Assembly (NCBI GenBank): GCA_050329555.1
Contig: JBHJOQ010000036.1
Coordinates: forward strand, 13,962-77,961
Length of the DNA: 64,000 nucleotides
Direction of reading: 5' to 3'
Origin: Acidimicrobiia bacterium
GTDB lineage: Bacteria; Actinomycetota; Acidimicrobiia; Spongiisociales; ZC4RG35
Position numbers and translations under genes: made by a program. The notes beneath the pieces are model-generated. The model made no database searches and was not told where the DNA came from. It saw nothing but the letters and a program-made list of their open reading frames with translations. Positions 41,030 through 50,519 of this stretch are shown here, piece after piece (positions within the stretch are counted from its first letter, which is position 1; each line of letters begins with the position of its first letter).

Positions 41030-41281
41030 CGAAGTGACTGTTCCCCCGGAGGCGAAAGCCGAACGGGGGAAAACGGGAGTACGAAACACGCCCCTCTCCC
41101 TCCGCTCGCGGAGGGAGTACCGGCGACTAAGGAGCCGGGGAGGGTGGGGCGTTCCCACCAACGGCACTTGAGCCCCCAGCCCGCGCGGACCTCTCCCTCC
41201 TACCTCCGCCCTCCTTCGTCGGGCGCAGGAACCAACCTCGGCGCAAGCGGGAGGACAGCCACGCGAGCAGCGGAGAGAGAT

Positions 41282-41677
41282 TTAGCCGGAGATGGTCTGG
41301 CACCGGTTGGGGTCGACACAGTCCACAGGATTCATCTTTGCCGCCCGCCGCGTCATTGCAACCAGCTGTCGTCTCGTGCGCTCCAGTTCGACGATCTGGC
41401 GATCGAGATCGACCAGGTGCGCCTCGAGCAGCTCCCTGGTGTGATGACAGGTCGACTCGCCTCGATCGCGCAGGTCGAGGATATTGGCGATCTCTTTGAG
41501 AGTTAGCCCGGCAGATTGCGCGTCTTTGACGAAGCTGATCCTGTCCACGAACGCGGAGTTGTAGTTCCTGTACCCGTTTGCATCCCGGTCGGGTTGCGGC
41601 AGCACCCCCGACTCTTCATAGAAGCGCAGTGTTTTCGTCGCCACGCCGGTATGACTGGCCAGCTCACCAATTCTCAT
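41282..41677 (-). CDS. MerR-family metal-responsive regulator (CueR-like)
   Basis: N-terminal MerR helix-turn-helix (MRIGELASHTGVATKTLRFYE), a dimerisation helix and C-terminal Cys residues. Confidence 0.85.
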   Translation of the reverse strand: MRIGELASHTGVATKTLRFYEESGVLPQPDRDANGYRNYNSAFVDRISFVKDAQSAGLTLKEIANILDLRDRGESTCHHTRELLEAHLVDLDRQIVELERTRRQLVAMTRRAAKMNPVDCVDPNRCQTISG

Positions 41678-41693
41678 ACGCGAACAATACCAC

Positions 41694-41725
41694 TTGACCT
41701 TCCAGTGCGCTGGAATGTGTAGAAT
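41694..41725 (+). promoter_or_regulatory. MerR-type promoter/operator for copZ-copA
   Basis: -35 TTGACC and -10 TAGAAT separated by a 20-bp spacer containing the dyad TTCCAG-TGCG-CTGGAA. The divergent merR start lies 17 bp upstream. Confidence 0.75.
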
Positions 41726-41731
41726 GCTTGT

Positions 41732-41941
41732 ATGACACAGGTATCACTGCAAGTTCCGGAAGTTCACTGCGACCACTGCAAGACGAGCATCGAGGGCGCT
41801 GTGTCGCAACTCCCGGGGGTCGAAACGGTGGAGGTCGCCATCTCAGATGCTTCGGTCGCGGTCGAATATGACGAGGACACAATCGACCTCGCTCAGATCA
41901 AGAGCACTATCGAGGAGCAGGGCTACGCCGTCTTCGGATAG
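41732..41941 (+). CDS. copZ: Copper chaperone (HMA domain)
   Basis: 69 aa with the CDHC metal-binding motif. Confidence 0.9.
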   Translation: MTQVSLQVPEVHCDHCKTSIEGAVSQLPGVETVEVAISDASVAVEYDEDTIDLAQIKSTIEEQGYAVFG

Positions 41942-44099
41942 AGCCACCGACACTCTCCGCTTCGATGTAGACGGGATGACCTGCGCCACCTGCGCCACGC
42001 GGGTGGAGCGGGTGCTGACCCGCCAGGAGGGCGTGGAGAACGCCTCGGTCAATCTCGCCGGTGCATCGGCCTCCGTGGACGTCGCCGCCGGCACCGACCC
42101 GGCTGGACTGGTGGCCGCTGTCAACAAGATCGGCTACTCCCTGAGCCAACACGAACTGAATGAAGCAGGCCGTGATGTGGTCGAGATGTATTCGGGGGAG
42201 GAGCGGGAAGAGCGACGCAAGTTCTGGATCGCAGCCGCTCTTACCGCTCCGGCAATGGTCCTGCACCTTTTCGGCCCCCATGAGCTATGGAATGCGATCC
42301 TCCAGGGCATTCTGATCACTCCGGTGGTTTTCTATGCCGGTGCCAGGTACCACCGAGTGGCCTGGCGCCTCGCCCGGCAGGGCGGCGCCAATATGGACAC
42401 CCTGATCTCGCTTGGCTCGCTCGCCGCCTACTTCTACTCGCTGGCTGTCGTGTTCAGCCATGGTGATGTGTTCTTCGAGACCGCGGGGATGATCATCACG
42501 CTGATCACTCTCGGCAAGGTGTTCGAAGCGAGGGCCAAAGGCCAGGCCTCCGACGCCGTCCACCGCCTCCTCCAGCTCCGGCCGGAGACGGCGTCGCTGG
42601 TAACTGCCGACGGAGTCCGGGAGATAAGCATCGAAGAGATCTCGCCCGGTGACCTGCTCCGGATCAAACCGGGCCAGAAGATCCCGACCGATGGAGTGGT
42701 TCGAGAGGGTGGAAGCAGTGTTGACGAATCGATGCTCACCGGGGAGCCGGCACCGGTAGCCAAAGGCCCCGGTGACCGGGTGATCGGGGCAACTGTGAAC
42801 CAGGCGGGGAGCCTCACCATGGAGGCGACAGAAGTCGGTGCGGACACCGTTCTCGCCGGCATCGTGCGGATGGTCGAGGACGCGCAGAGCTCAAAGGCCC
42901 CGATCCAGAGGCTGGCCGACTCCTACTCGGCGAAGTTCGTCGGTGCCGTGCTCATCATCTCTCTGCTGGTCTTCGGGTACTGGCTAACCGCCGGGGATGG
43001 TGTTGGCGAGGCCCTCCGGATTGCGGTGGCAGTGATGATCATTGCCTGTCCGTGTGCGCTCGGCCTGGCCACCCCGACCGCGGTGATGGTCGGTTCGGGC
43101 CGGGGCGCCGACCTGGGCATCCTCTACAAACGGGCGGAGGTGTTCGAGCAGGCAAGAAGCATCGATGTGATGATCTTCGACAAGACCGGGACCTTGACCC
43201 GGGGCGTGATGACGGCACAAGAGGTGCTCACCGATGTCGACCGCGAAGAGTTCCTCCGGCTGGTCGGGTCGCTCGAAGCAGCTTCCGGTCACCCGATTGG
43301 CATGGCCGTTGCCCTCGCCGCCGACGAGGCGGAGGTCAACCTGACCGAGGTCGAGCAGCTGTTGACCGAGCCCGGCATGGGCGCCCGTGCCAGGGTCGAC
43401 GGACGGGAGGTTGCGGTCGGCAAGCCATCCTATCTCGGCGAACTGGGCCTCCTCGGCGGCGGCAACTGGACGACCGAGTTCGCTCGGCTCGAGGACGCCG
43501 GCCAGACCGTGTTCATGGCGGGATGGGACGGTGAGGTGAGGGGGGTCGTGTCGGTGTCGGATGCTTTGCGTGTCGAGTCGATCGATGCGGTCCGTCGCCT
43601 GCAGAAGCTTGGAATCGACGTCGAGCTCGTCAGCGGGGACGGCCCCGGCGCCACCGCCCGGGTAGCAGCAGCCACCGGCATCAGCTCCTACGTGTCTGGT
43701 GCAACCCCTGACTCCAAAGCCAAGCGCGTTGCGGCACTTCAGGAGCAGGGCAAGACGGTGGCGTTCTACGGTGACGGAGTCAATGACGCTCCGGCGATCA
43801 CCCAGGCTGACCTAGGACTAGCAGTCGGATCGGGGACCGGCGTTGCGGTTGAGGCCGGTGACGTCATCATCCTCAACGACGATCCCCGGAGTGCCGCGGT
43901 GGCAGTGGAGTTGGCCCGGGACACGTTCAAGACGATCCGGGGAAATCTCATCTGGGCATTTCTCTACAACACAACCGCGATCCCGGTGGCTGCGGTCGGA
44001 CTGCTCACACCCACCATCGCGGCTGCGGCCATGGCCTTTTCCTCGGTCTCGGTGGTACTGAACGCGCTGCGACTCAAACGCTTCGATGCAAACTTTTAG
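41847..44099 (+). CDS. copA: Heavy-metal (Cu+) translocating P-type ATPase. Start ambiguous (41847, 41868 or 41976).
   Basis: N-terminal [11 protein letters not shown] motif, the CPC transmembrane motif, DKTGTLT phosphorylation site and GDGVNDAP hinge. Confidence 0.9.
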   Translation: MLRSRSNMTRTQSTSLRSRALSRSRATPSSDRATDTLRFDVDGMTCATCATRVERVLTRQEGVENASVNLAGASASVDVAAGTDPAGLVAAVNKIGYSLSQHELNEAGRDVVEMYSGEEREERRKFWIAAALTAPAMVLHLFGPHELWNAILQGILITPVVFYAGARYHRVAWRLARQGGANMDTLISLGSLAAYFYSLAVVFSHGDVFFETAGMIITLITLGKVFEARAKGQASDAVHRLLQLRPETASLVTADGVREISIEEISPGDLLRIKPGQKIPTDGVVREGGSSVDESMLTGEPAPVAKGPGDRVIGATVNQAGSLTMEATEVGADTVLAGIVRMVEDAQSSKAPIQRLADSYSAKFVGAVLIISLLVFGYWLTAGDGVGEALRIAVAVMIIACPCALGLATPTAVMVGSGRGADLGILYKRAEVFEQARSIDVMIFDKTGTLTRGVMTAQEVLTDVDREEFLRLVGSLEAASGHPIGMAVALAADEAEVNLTEVEQLLTEPGMGARARVDGREVAVGKPSYLGELGLLGGGNWTTEFARLEDAGQTVFMAGWDGEVRGVVSVSDALRVESIDAVRRLQKLGIDVELVSGDGPGATARVAAATGISSYVSGATPDSKAKRVAALQEQGKTVAFYGDGVNDAPAITQADLGLAVGSGTGVAVEAGDVIILNDDPRSAAVAVELARDTFKTIRGNLIWAFLYNTTAIPVAAVGLLTPTIAAAAMAFSSVSVVLNALRLKRFDANF

Positions 44100-44117
44100 G
44101 TCCCACTACCGGGCGCT

Positions 44118-44966
44118 GTGGAGTATGTTGACGTCATGTCCGGGCTGAAATGGTTTGAACATCCGGTGCTGAGCGATCCGGTGGCCCTGATCGCCTTCGA
44201 GGGCTGGGGCGATGCCGGCGAGAGCGCGAGCACAGCCGTCGCCGGGTTCCTCGACCATCCGGCCGCACGTCGGGTGGCGTCGATCGATCCCGATGAGCAT
44301 TTCGACTTCCAGGTGCGGCGTCCCGTGGTTTCGCTCGACTCCACAGGAGTCCGCTCCATTCACTGGCCTCGAAACGAATTGTGGGTGGTGGAAACTCCCG
44401 AACAGGACCTCCTCATCGTCCTCGGGGAGGAGCCCCACTACCGCTGGAAGTCGTTCGTGTCCGAGCTGGTCAACGCCTTCGAGAACGTTGGTGTCAACCG
44501 GGCGATAACTGTAGGCGCCTTCGTCGGCCAGGTCGCCCACACCCTCCCAGTCCCGCTGGTGGGTTCAGCAACCCGGCCCGACGCCCTGGCCCTCCACGAC
44601 CTCCTCCCTTCTGGTTACACCGGGCCGACCGGGATTCTCGGCGTCCTCAACCAAGCGCTGGGGAACAAAGGCATCGACGTCATCTCGATCTGGGCCGCGA
44701 TACCCCACTACCTTTCCAACCAGGAGTATCCGCCCGCAACGGAAGCGCTCGCGATCAAAGCCTCGGACTTGGTGGGGGTCCCTCTCGATATCGGCGAGAT
44801 GACAACAGCGAGTCGGCAGTTCCTTTCGACCGTCAACGCGGCAATCGAGGAGAACGAGGAACTTGCTGAGTATGTGGAGCAACTCGAGCAGGAGGCCACA
44901 GACCTCGTCCCCGAAGACGGGCCGGAATTGGTCGAGGAGATCGAGCGATTCCTCCGGGGTCGATGA
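44118..44966 (+). CDS. PAC2-family (proteasome assembly chaperone-like) protein
   Basis: 282 aa with the actinobacterial PAC2 pattern (IAFEGWGDAGESAS). Confidence 0.75.
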   Translation: MEYVDVMSGLKWFEHPVLSDPVALIAFEGWGDAGESASTAVAGFLDHPAARRVASIDPDEHFDFQVRRPVVSLDSTGVRSIHWPRNELWVVETPEQDLLIVLGEEPHYRWKSFVSELVNAFENVGVNRAITVGAFVGQVAHTLPVPLVGSATRPDALALHDLLPSGYTGPTGILGVLNQALGNKGIDVISIWAAIPHYLSNQEYPPATEALAIKASDLVGVPLDIGEMTTASRQFLSTVNAAIEENEELAEYVEQLEQEATDLVPEDGPELVEEIERFLRGR

Positions 44967-44997
44967 GTCCCGCCATGCCCGGCATCTCGCCCACCCG

Positions 44998-45375
44998 ATG
45001 ACGTACCTGCTCTATGTCCACGTGGTGGCGGCGACGGTGTGGGTTGGCGGGTTGATCGTGATGGCCGGGCTGATCCCTGCGGTCCGTAATGTGACCGACG
45101 ACAGGACCGTGATTCGGGCGATTGCGCAACGGTTCGGGGTCTTGTCCTGGGGCGCCCTGGGCCTTCTCGTGGTCACCGGGACGGCGATGCTGCTCATCGG
45201 GTTCAACCTGTCGACGACGATGACGACCAAGATCGGCTTGGTACTGGTTTCTGCCGCATTGGCCGCCTGGCACACCGTCTCGGCGCGCCACCAGACCCCC
45301 CGCACCAGAGGCATGATCCAAGCAACGATCTTCCTCCTCGCCCTGGTGATCGTGGCACTCGCAATCAACCTCTGA
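44998..45375 (+). CDS. Small integral membrane protein (4 transmembrane helices, 125 aa)
   Basis: MTYLLYVHVVAATVWVGGLIV... The longer listed ORF has an unlikely Ser/Arg-rich N-terminus. Confidence 0.55.
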   Translation: MTYLLYVHVVAATVWVGGLIVMAGLIPAVRNVTDDRTVIRAIAQRFGVLSWGALGLLVVTGTAMLLIGFNLSTTMTTKIGLVLVSAALAAWHTVSARHQTPRTRGMIQATIFLLALVIVALAINL

Positions 45376-45446
45376 TTGCCCGTTCCTAAGGCGTGGCGTC
45401 TCACATCTGATACCTGGAGCCCACGGAATAGCCGTTAGGGCTATAC

Positions 45447-45478
45447 CGAAAGGACCGGCCACTCGGGCCGGTCCTTTC
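45447..45478. terminator. Bidirectional terminator hairpin
   Basis: GAAAGGACCGGCCC-ACTC-GGGCCGGTCCTTTC, a perfect 14-bp stem. Confidence 0.8.
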
Positions 45479-45480
45479 AC

Positions 45481-45570
45481 CTACTTACGCTTGTGGCGAT
45501 TGGCCTTGAGACGTTTGCGGTATTTATGTTTCGACATCTTCTTACGACGCTTCTTAACGAGCGATCCCAT
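45481..45570 (-). CDS. Ribosomal protein bS22 (actinobacterial 30S subunit small protein), 29 aa. Absent from the ORF track.
   Basis: MGSLVKKRRKKMSKHKYRKRLKANRHKRK, compared with mycobacterial bS22 [33 protein letters not shown]. Shine-Dalgarno GAGGT upstream. Confidence 0.75.
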   Translation of the reverse strand: MGSLVKKRRKKMSKHKYRKRLKANRHKRK

Positions 45571-45689
45571 GCAAAAACCTCACAATTCAGGGAGAAAGCT
45601 GATGTTCATGGTCGCGCTTTTCCACAGTTAGGTCAACTTGGAGTTTGGCGCCTCCCCGATGGAAGCTGTTGACCGGGCGCAAACGGCTG

Positions 45690-45875
45690 CTACTTCAAGG
45701 GAGCGATGCCGATCGACAACAACCGCCCCTCGAGGGTCTTGTCTATGTAGTCCATGCTGTGGCGTTCGCGCAGGTGATCCGTGGCCTGCTCGAGGAGTTT
45801 CTCCTCGGTGTCATCCCGTTCGATGAAACTGCAGCCCGGAATGATGCGCTCACAAACAAATTCGAACACTGCCAA
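45690..45875 (-). CDS. DUF1059-family small protein
   Basis: 61 aa, MAVFEFVCERIIPGCSFIERDDTEEKLLEQATDHLRERH, matching the DUF1059 pattern (F.C....PGC......TE.E......H....H). Confidence 0.7.
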   Translation of the reverse strand: MAVFEFVCERIIPGCSFIERDDTEEKLLEQATDHLRERHSMDYIDKTLEGRLLSIGIAPLK

Positions 45876-46003
45876 CCCTTGACTCGATGGAGCGAGTATC
45901 GCAGCCGGGCCCGGTCAGCGCTTCGAAAAGCGGTGTGTGACAAACGTGATGTGCCCCGGAGAATCCCCGGGGCACATCTTATTCAGAGCAGATGCCTTGA
46001 CGT

Positions 46004-46600
46004 TCAGCCTGCGAAGGCCTCGTCATAGATGGCGCGGAGCTCTGGTGTATCCTCCCCGCTGAAACCGCAGTAGTTGACCACTCCGTCGTAGGCCGACACG
46101 AGATAGGACTTGCCCTCCTCGAAGTAGATGCCCCCGATAAGCGCCTCGAACCCCGACGGGGCCAGCAGATTGGCGGTAGCGGCATCGCCGCCCACGAACC
46201 ATTCATCGACGGTCAGCGTCGCCCGGTCACCGTCGACGGCCGTCACTGTACCGGCGAAGGCAAGCGGGACAGCTCGCACCAGTTCCGGCGTGATGGCTAA
46301 GCAACTCGCCAGAGCGTCTTCCGATCCAACCGTCAGCTCAATGGCATCCTCGTCTAGGGTTGCCGCCACATCAGGCGTCGAACCACCTCCGAGCAGGGTC
46401 ACGGCGCCAAAGGCCACCATGGCGACCGCGGCTGCGCCCACCAGATACCAGGCAGGGCGAAGGCGTTCCGATCCAGCAGATTGGCTCATGATTGACTCCA
46501 ACATCTTCTGCGACGAGTCCTCGTCGACAGATTTGATTTCCACCCCGGAGGCGGCGGGGTCGAGCTTCTGGAGACGACTTCGCAGATCTTCGTTTTCCAT
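46004..46600 (-). CDS. Membrane-anchored anti-sigma factor (putative)
   Basis: Starts MENEDLRSRLQKLDP one nucleotide after the sigma stop (TGATG). Single transmembrane helix WYLVGAAAVAMVAFGAVTLL followed by an extracytoplasmic domain. Confidence 0.65.
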   Translation of the reverse strand: MENEDLRSRLQKLDPAASGVEIKSVDEDSSQKMLESIMSQSAGSERLRPAWYLVGAAAVAMVAFGAVTLLGGGSTPDVAATLDEDAIELTVGSEDALASCLAITPELVRAVPLAFAGTVTAVDGDRATLTVDEWFVGGDAATANLLAPSGFEALIGGIYFEEGKSYLVSAYDGVVNYCGFSGEDTPELRAIYDEAFAG

Positions 46601-47163
46601 CACATCTCTCCGACACTTGATTCCGGGACTTGCTTGTCGGGTGAGTGTCCGGATGCGGGTCGATTCTGTCGTTCGAGTGAATTTGCCAGCTTTTGCCTCG
46701 CCCGGGCCAGGCGCAGACTGATCGCATTCGGCGTCGAATCGACGACAAGGGCGATCTCCCGGGGCTCCAGTTGCTCCCACGCCCAGAGGTGGATGAGTTC
46801 CCTCTCCTGGTCGCTCAACTGCTCGAGAGCGACGTCGAGATGAGGGTCTCCTTCATCGGCTCCCTGCGGGTCGGTGGAGAACTGCTGGGGCTCGGCGGTG
46901 AGACGGTCAACGAGACGCAGCCGGCGCTGCTGGCCGCGGCGCTGGTTACCGAGCACTCTTCTGGCTACGCCGTAACACCAGGGAAGACTCGCGTCCGCAG
47001 GGACCTCATCGAGACGGCGCCACACCACCATTAGCGTCTCCGAGAGGACGTCGTCGACCGAATCGGCGGGCATCCGTCGATGGAGGTACCTCTGAAGCGG
47101 TTCGAAGACCTCATTGACGATGTCCTCGAACCGCTCAGTGCGAGTGGTTCTGACCTTCACCAA
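46600..47163 (-). CDS. ECF sigma factor (RpoE/SigE-like)
   Basis: 187 aa with sigma-70 region 2 (DDVLSETLMVVWRR) and region 4 (ELIHLWAWEQLEPREIALVV) features. Confidence 0.9.
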   Translation of the reverse strand: MVKVRTTRTERFEDIVNEVFEPLQRYLHRRMPADSVDDVLSETLMVVWRRLDEVPADASLPWCYGVARRVLGNQRRGQQRRLRLVDRLTAEPQQFSTDPQGADEGDPHLDVALEQLSDQERELIHLWAWEQLEPREIALVVDSTPNAISLRLARARQKLANSLERQNRPASGHSPDKQVPESSVGEM

Positions 47164-47232
47164 CAGCTCTATGTCCGGGCCGGACCGGAATCTGTCATCG
47201 ATTCCTCATTTGATTTTGAGCCCAACGTGAAC

Positions 47233-48084
47233 TCACACGAGGCCGGTGGTGGCGACCCCCGGCTGCATTGCTTCGATCCCGATCTCCTCCAACGCCGACA
47301 CCAGGTCATCGAGGCCGTCTCTCCCCACCAGGGCAAGCACTGAGGGGCCGGCCCCGGACCGGGCTGCATGAAACGCACCCGCGCCGCGGGCGATGGCGAT
47401 CATCTGCTCGACTTCCGGAGAAAGGCCGGCGCGGGCCGACTCGTGAATCTCGTCGCCATGGGCCGCCGAGAGTAACTCGGGGTCGGCGGTGATCAACCCT
47501 GCCGTCAGGGCTGCGACCCGGGCGAGGCTCCGAACGGTGATCTCTCTCGAGAAGCTGGAGGCAATTGCGGTCCGGGCCGTTCTCGTCGACAGCCGCGTTG
47601 GCGGCACCGCGAGCACCGGATGGAGTGAGGGGTGGATCGGCAATCTGACCGGCATCCCTTCGGCAGGAACCAGTACCAAGCCGCCGTAAACAGCGGCTGC
47701 AACATTGTCTTTGTGTCCTTCGAGGTCGGCGGCGACTCTGAAAACATGGTCCGGATTGGCCTCACTGCCGATGGCGCGCAATGCTGCCGCCACTCCGGAG
47801 ACGAAGGCGGCTGAGGACGACCCGAGTCCCTTCCCGATTGGGATGGCATTGTCGACCGTGAGACGCAGTGGTGTCTCATCTCCCACGGCCATCCTCGCTG
47901 CAACCAGCACGGCGTCGGACTCACCCGAAGCCGGACGGTTTGAGCCGATGTGCTCCACGGCCCACGAGTCGGCCGGCTCCGCCTTGACGACGCAACGCAG
48001 CTCGAGGGCAAGGCCCATTGCATCGAAGGCAGGGCCCAGGTTGGCACTGCTCGCCGGGGCTGATGCTGTTGCTTGTGAGATCAC
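47233..48084 (-). CDS. thrB: Homoserine kinase
   Basis: GHMP kinase motif NLGPAFDAMGLAL and PIGKGLGSSSA. Confidence 0.85.
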   Translation of the reverse strand: MISQATASAPASSANLGPAFDAMGLALELRCVVKAEPADSWAVEHIGSNRPASGESDAVLVAARMAVGDETPLRLTVDNAIPIGKGLGSSSAAFVSGVAAALRAIGSEANPDHVFRVAADLEGHKDNVAAAVYGGLVLVPAEGMPVRLPIHPSLHPVLAVPPTRLSTRTARTAIASSFSREITVRSLARVAALTAGLITADPELLSAAHGDEIHESARAGLSPEVEQMIAIARGAGAFHAARSGAGPSVLALVGRDGLDDLVSALEEIGIEAMQPGVATTGLV

Positions 48085-48117
48085 GGTTGGAGCCTATTCA
48101 CCATTAGCGTTCTATCC

Positions 48118-48336
48118 GTGGCCGAACTTCTTGGAATCGACGACCTCCTCCCCGAATTGATCATCGGATTGGGCCTCGCTCTGCTCATCGGTAATGGCCT
48201 GGCCTGGTGGAAGAACCGTCAGGGACAGACCCCGGAAGGGGTCGAGGACGCAGCCTACCGACCGGGAAGAGTGCGGTTTCTGATGGGTGTCGGTGTGCTG
48301 ATGACGATCTGGGGTGTCATCAGCCTGGTCCGCTGA
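48118..48336 (+). CDS. Small membrane protein (2 transmembrane helices, 72 aa)
   Basis: ORF with two hydrophobic helices. No family recognised. Confidence 0.4.
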   Translation: MAELLGIDDLLPELIIGLGLALLIGNGLAWWKNRQGQTPEGVEDAAYRPGRVRFLMGVGVLMTIWGVISLVR

Positions 48337-48383
48337 AAGCGCCTTCGAATTGGCTGTGACCTTTTGGTACTCTGAGACCTGCC

Positions 48384-48457
48384 GCGGGTGTAGTTCAATG
48401 GTAGAACTTCAGCTTCCCAAGCTGAGAGCGAGGGTTCGATTCCCTTCACCCGCTCCA
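48384..48457 (+). tRNA. tRNA-Gly (anticodon CCC)
   Basis: GCGGGTG acceptor stem, anticodon loop TTCCCAA, T-arm GAGGG-TTCGATT-CCCTT, CCA encoded. Confidence 0.9.
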
Positions 48458-48506
48458 GCCAAGCAAAATCCTCAGAATTTTGCGTCTCTCCCCCAGAGGC
48501 GGAGCC

Positions 48507-48655
48507 GAATGGGGGAGATGTCGAGCCAAGGGCGAGACAGGGGGGGACCGCAACCCAGCAGAGACGCCCAACCCGCGTTGCAGGGCCTCTCCTCGGAATG
48601 GGGGAGATGTCGAGCGCCAAGGGCGAGACAGAGGGGGACGCGAACCCGACGAAGG
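48507..48655. repeat. Two copies of a direct repeat of about 50 bp, 89 bp apart, downstream of tRNA-Gly
   Basis: GAATGGGGGAGATGTCGAGC(G)CCAAGGGCGAGACAG(A)GGGGGAC(C)GC(G)AACCC at 48507 and 48596. Confidence 0.75.
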
Positions 48656-48696
48656 TGCTTTAGTTTGCCCGAACCCAACAACGGGTAAGTCAGACC

Positions 48697-49698
48697 ATGG
48701 GACTCTTCGGCTTTACCTTGAAAACCTCTTTCGGAATCGTGAGGAGATTGCCGGCGATCACCACCGCTGCTGCGGTGGGATGGGTTGGCTATTCCGCTTT
48801 CAAGAAGAGCGAGCACCCTCCCCTCCCCTCTCCTTTCTCCTCAGGCCTCGAATTCGTCCCCGATCTCGAAGCGGGTCGGATCGCGGTGCACCGGTCTAGT
48901 CAGTCTGCCGACAAAAACACCGCTCCAGTGCTCCTCGTCCATTCCGTGAACGCCGCGGCTTCGTCCGCGGAGATGCGACCTTTGTTCCAGCGCCTCGAGC
49001 GCGACCGACAGGTCGCATCCCTGGATCTTCCCGGATTCGGTCACTCGCATCGACCCGACATTGCCTATACACCCGAGCTGATGGCAGGGGCCATTGCCTC
49101 CGTTCTCGGCGAATACGACCGACCGGTCCACGTCGTTGCGCTATCACTCGGATCCGAGCTCGCCGCACAGGCAGCCTTGATTCGGCCCGACCGGGTTCGA
49201 TCGCTCAGCTTCATCTCCCCTACCGGAATGGGCCGGAAGAGCCGGGTCGACGATACCGAAGAGTCGTTCCTCGACAGCATCCTGACCGCCCCGGTACTGG
49301 GGCAGGCCATCTTCGATCTTCTCATCACCGGCCCGTCGATTCGTTACTTTCTCGGAAAGTGCTTTACCGGAGAAGTCGACCCTGCCCTCGCGGCGTATGC
49401 AGGTCTCACCTCACGCCAGCCCGGTGCGCGGCACGCTCCACTCGCTTTCATCCGCGGGCGTCTATTCACAGCCGACGCCATGAGCCGTGTCTACGAGCCA
49501 TTGTTGGTCCCTTCCCTGGTGCTCTACGACGAGGACCCGTACACCGATTTCGCAGACCTGCCCGGGTTCACCGCCGGCGGAAACGGTTTGCGCCAGGCGG
49601 AGCGGATTCCTGACACTCGGGGGCTGCCCCACTTCGACAGGCCCGAGCAGACCATCGACGCACTGAACCGATTCTGGAAAGACGTCGAATCCAGTTAG
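48697..49698 (+). CDS. Alpha/beta-fold hydrolase
   Basis: 333 aa with an HGxP-like region LLVHSV and a nucleophile elbow ALSLGS. Confidence 0.75.
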   Translation: MGLFGFTLKTSFGIVRRLPAITTAAAVGWVGYSAFKKSEHPPLPSPFSSGLEFVPDLEAGRIAVHRSSQSADKNTAPVLLVHSVNAAASSAEMRPLFQRLERDRQVASLDLPGFGHSHRPDIAYTPELMAGAIASVLGEYDRPVHVVALSLGSELAAQAALIRPDRVRSLSFISPTGMGRKSRVDDTEESFLDSILTAPVLGQAIFDLLITGPSIRYFLGKCFTGEVDPALAAYAGLTSRQPGARHAPLAFIRGRLFTADAMSRVYEPLLVPSLVLYDEDPYTDFADLPGFTAGGNGLRQAERIPDTRGLPHFDRPEQTIDALNRFWKDVESS

Positions 49699-49758
49699 CG
49701 GCTGCGAGAATCCGCCGCCTCCTCTCTACTATCTCCCACCGAACATGAGGAGAGCCAC

Positions 49759-50334
49759 TTGATTTATTCGGATCGGACGATCAAAGAATCGATTTCGTCC
49801 GGCAAGATCGCCATCGAGCCGTACGAGCCGAGCTACGTCCAGCCGTCTTCGGTGGACCTCAGGGTGGGCAACGGGTTCAGAGTCTTCGTCAATCACCGCT
49901 ACTCGGAGATCGATCCCAGGGCCCCGCAAGCCGACCTCACCCAGCTGGTCGAGGTCGACGACGAAGAGCCGTTCATGCTCCACCCCGGTGAGTTCGTCCT
50001 CGGGTCGACGCTGGAGCGGGTCCGGCTCGGAGTCGACGTCGTCGCCCGGCTGGAAGGCAAGTCGTCGCTGGGGCGTCTCGGCCTGCTCATCCACTCGACG
50101 GCCGGTTTCATCGATCCAGGGTTCGAGGGCCACATCACCCTGGAGCTGTCCAACGTGGCGACGTTGCCAATCGCCATCTACCCCGGGATGAAAATCGGCC
50201 AGATCAGCTTCTACCAGATGACTACGGCGGCCGAGTACCCGTACGGCTCGCCCGAGCTGGGTTCTAAGTACCAGGGCCAGAGCGGGCCCACCGCCAGCCG
50301 ATCACACCGCGACTTCGGCAGATCGGATGACTAG
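49759..50334 (+). CDS. dcd: dCTP deaminase
   Basis: Motifs [19 protein letters not shown] and HITLELSN. Confidence 0.9.
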   Translation: MIYSDRTIKESISSGKIAIEPYEPSYVQPSSVDLRVGNGFRVFVNHRYSEIDPRAPQADLTQLVEVDDEEPFMLHPGEFVLGSTLERVRLGVDVVARLEGKSSLGRLGLLIHSTAGFIDPGFEGHITLELSNVATLPIAIYPGMKIGQISFYQMTTAAEYPYGSPELGSKYQGQSGPTASRSHRDFGRSDD

Positions 50335-50519
50335 CGCAGACGTGTGAATTCGAAAATGGGCTAAACCCTATGGACAACCAGGCCCGCTTTCACCGATACT
50401 CGTAGCAAGTACACGCTCCCCAACAAACGAGTCCCCCTCGTGGAGTCCCCCAGCTCTCGGGTTGGCTGTACCCCTCCAGCGGCAACCCCCACAGGTTGCC
50501 GCCTGCCCGCCTCACATTT

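Noticed and set aside
41030-41281. RNase P RNA, tmRNA or SRP RNA in the structured cop-adjacent spacer
   Set aside because: It lacks the universally conserved GGAAAGUCCGG (RNase P), a tmRNA tag reading frame with tRNA-like ends, and the SRP domain-IV motif.
48507-48655. CRISPR array
   Set aside because: Only two repeat copies of about 50 bp with an 89-bp period. No cas genes. Repeat length and copy number are atypical.
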